DNA from: Lama guanicoe | Lineage: Eukaryota | Assembly: GCA_013239625.1 (NCBI GenBank) | Contig: MU054925.1 | Span: forward strand, 248,001-312,000 | Direction: 5' to 3' | Length of the DNA stretch: 64,000 bases | Shown here: positions 61,001 to 64,000 of the stretch, piece after piece | How positions within the stretch are numbered: position 1 is the stretch's first letter | Layout of the letters: each line of letters begins with the position of its first letter | The notes under the pieces: model-generated | What the model saw: the letters and a program-made list of their open reading frames with translations, nothing else | Database searches by the model: none | Told to the model about the DNA's origin: nothing | Position numbers and translations under genes: made by a program

Positions 61001-63940
61001 GACATGTCAGGAGCTCCAAACGCTCTTGGTCTCCAGGTCCACTGGCCCCAGAGCCACCAATCATGCTCTTCCTATCACTCTTTTTCATCCAGCAAGCTGC
61101 CGTGACCTAAGCTGGGGAGGTATCGACCCTGCTCCCGTCTCTTGCCCGCCACGCCCAGACCTCCGTGAAGTTTCCATCTGCAAAACCATCCTGAGTTCAT
61201 CTGCTTCCCTCCCCTGCTCCTGCCATCTTCCACCAGGTGCCTGCCCAACCCTTCCCAGGGTCTGCCTGTTTCCACTCTGGCAGGAGAGCAAGCCTCAAAA
61301 CACCCATAGGCCATGACACTGCTCTTCCCCTGTGCTCAGGGCACCCCCAACCCTGACTAAACCCCATTGTGCTTTAGGCCTCTGTTCAAATGACACATGC
61401 TTCAAAAGCACCTCCTTAACCTCCAACTCTGAGTCCCCCATTAAAATCCCCCTACCACTCTGTGTCTTCCTTTCAAGGTCCTTCCCATCAGTCACCCAGT
61501 GTCCGGTTTCCCATTGGCAAGGCAAAGAAGAACAAGCCTGGGGGCTTGAATTTCCCACCAGCCTGCAAACTGGGTCTCCTAGGATTGGGTGGGGCTGAGA
61601 AAGGCCTGAGGCCTGTACTCAAGAGAGGAGCAGCATCCCGGTGTGGTCAGTCCCAGGGGTGGTGGCAGAGCAGAATCGTAACCCACCTCAGAGAGCACAA
61701 AAGAGGTCACTCCCCTCAAGTTCAGAGTGGGAACAGGGCCCCCAGAGTGGAAGATCCCCTATGGTCAGAACCAGAAGACAAGGCTGGAGCCTACCCACCC
61801 ATTACCACAGGGCTTCCATGAACCCATTGCTCACCTCCAGCTGCCGCTAGCACCATTCGAGGGGCCTTGTAATGCCGGTCCAGGTACTCAGTCAGGTCTG
61901 CCCGAGAGAGCTTCCTGCAAGACATACAGCCAATGGGTTACCACAGCTCCCAAACCAGAGTGACGTGGGTCATATAAAATGGGGCTGAGGAGATAGACAA
62001 GGAGAGAGATGGCTTCCCTGGAGAGCAAGCCCTAGCACACCACTCAATCCCTCCCCCATTCCTGCCACCTGCCACTCTGGGGCCCAGAGGACAGCCCTCA
62101 TCTGGCCTCCCTCACATCTGACCACAGGACAGTCTCCTCTCAGGAGGGTGTAAGCTGACATGGTGAGGGCTTATCCCATCAGAGGACAAGAAGCCATGTG
62201 GATAAGATACCCAGACACACCCTCCCTCAGGCTGGCAGAACAACAACAAACTCATGTGGACATGGCCTGGCCAGGCCAGAATGAGGGCACGAACTCTACC
62301 CCAGGCCCAGCTCACTCTCACCTGACATTCTCACTGGGTCCCTCCACGGTCTGGGCCAGAGGTGTGCCCTGGAACGCCGTGGCATGCAGGTAGTCAAAGA
62401 CCACATCCCGCATAGACGCATCATTCTCCTGCAGCTCCTGCAGGATCACGTCACGCTCCTTCTCAACCTGGGAGTCTTCCAGGCTGCAGTTCTGCACAAT
62501 GTCGGCCAGGAGCTCCACAGCTGGACGTGAAAGAAAGACATGTCTGAGCACCAGGCGGGCCACTGGAGACCAGTAACAGCACAAAACCCTCAGGCCTGAA
62601 CACCACTGGTTGCTGTGCTGCAAGTCCATACTCTAAGGGTAACCCCGTCCCTCAGCCAGCCCCGGGGCTCCAGAGTGCCTGTCCTCTGCACCCATGGAGA
62701 CCTATCCCACCCCTGCCCCACCCTGCAGGCGTACCTTTTGGCAGGTCCTTGGACAGTGCCTTAATGTAGTAAGCTGTGTGCTCCCGGGTGCTGTACGCAT
62801 TAAGATGGGACCCCATGCTCTCCACCTCCTTCTCCAAGGCATTTCCAGGCCGATTCTTTGTTCCCTAGAACCAGACATCAACAGCACTCATCAGGAGCCA
62901 TGTGAGAGCCCAGGACTCCCATCCTTCTCCCTCCTTCTCCATCCCACCAAGTGCTAAACAGGACTTGAGCTGGTCGAGGCCCCAGCATTCTGGGTCAACA
63001 GAGTGGAGACATCCGGAAGCCAGGAAAGAAGCGCATGGCCAAACCAAGTGTTACCTGAAATCTAGAGCTCCCATAACAGCCTGATCTTACCAGCACTCCC
63101 TCTCCTCTTACCGACAGTCACGGTCAGGTAAGTTCACACTTCGTTCAGGTGATGCTCCCACTACCACTCTCCCTCCCGCCATTCATATGACTATGTGAGT
63201 GCTAGCTGCCTCTGTGGGACTCAACCCTAGTCCTGTATGTGTGCATATGTGGCAGTGGTGCTGTCCAATGACACACACTCATATGCTGAGACCGACACAC
63301 ATCTGTGATGCTGGAGCTGGCAATGCCCATTCCTGTTCCACAACTCCAGCCATTCTGTATCATCTTCTCCATTTATTCATTCATTTAGAAACTCAGTCTC
63401 TACTCCATGCCCACATAAGCTGGCTTAGCGGCTGTTCCCTTCCTCAAGAAACCTCAGTATTTACATCTAAAAACAAAAGATGAAGAGCATTTCACACAAA
63501 CTAAGTCTGTGTGTTTGTTATAAAGCACGTGTATATCCGCAATTCTACATGCATGCACGCACACACACAACATGGGCCTGGCCTCTGGTGAAGGGTAGGG
63601 CTCCTATGGCTCCCCAGGGTTTTATTTTTTTTTTTTGGCTCTGGGTGCCTTGTGCAGGGACTCACCAACTAGGCTTCACTCAGGAGAGGCCAAACCCATG
63701 TGGCTCCTTCCAGAAAAGCCAGTCAAAGATCACCCCACCCCCAACCCCAATGAAGCCCATAATTGAGAAGGCTGACTTTTCTGACATGCATCTTCAGGAG
63801 GGACAGCAGGAAGCCCTAACCCCGGGGGAGATTCAGGCCTTTAGGAGCCTCACCTTGAAAGCCAGATGCTCCACAAAGTAGCCTGCCCCGTTGTTCTTCT
63901 CAGTCTCATAACGGCTACCAGCGTCAATCCACACCCCGAC
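58006..63940 (-). CDS. UQCRC1: Cytochrome b-c1 complex core subunit 1, exons 3-13 (exons 1-2 lie beyond the right edge of the window)
   Basis: [29 protein letters not shown]...[13 protein letters not shown]...[21 protein letters not shown]. Exons 63854-63940, 62735-62864, 62322-62520, 61835-61914, 60221-60336, 59834-59977, 59535-59695, 59340-59425, 58916-59004, 58507-58582, 58006-58070. YFVEH replaces the M16 HxxEH motif, as is typical of core 1. Confidence 0.98.
61310..61470 (+). mobile_element. L2 fragment in UQCRC1 intron 6
   Basis: TTTAGG.CTCTGTTCAAATG.CAC...TTCA.A.AG..CTCC.T.ACC pattern; heavily degraded. Confidence 0.4.
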
Positions 63941-64000
63941 CTGGACAAGAAACCCCCAACAAAGATAACAAACCAACCAACCCAGCCCCCCACTTACAGC

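Overview
Mammalian genomic DNA, most likely a camelid (two tRNA-Ala-derived Vic-1-like SINEs; I saw no Alu, Bov-tA or PRE-1). It carries the conserved syntenic block UQCRC1 -> COL7A1 -> UCN2 -> PFKFB4, all on the minus strand, head to tail. It contains UQCRC1 exons 3-13, the complete COL7A1 gene (118 exons traced by hand, open frame, about 2935 aa, two GC-AG introns), the complete UCN2 gene and PFKFB4 coding exons 1-9. Orthologues of the miR-711 hairpin (over COL7A1 exon 62) and the miR-6823 mirtron (PFKFB4 intron 2) are recognisable, as are MLT1, L1, MER58A, MER21-like, MIR and L2 relics. I found no new gene family or biological system; most six-frame ORFs are noise or exon fragments. The best leads are: (i) a local ~165-bp templated duplication of a SINE 3' half plus unique flank, with microhomology and hairpin junctions; (ii) a predicted COL7A1-exon-117 to UCN2-exon-2 read-through that gives a bicistronic-like mRNA; (iii) an intact Gly-Arg-Arg amidation signal on UCN2; (iv) in-phase upstream PFKFB4 first exons and a MEF2/TATA element; (v) unusual COL7A1 splice and helix features. 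All comparisons with human sequence are from memory and need alignment to confirm.
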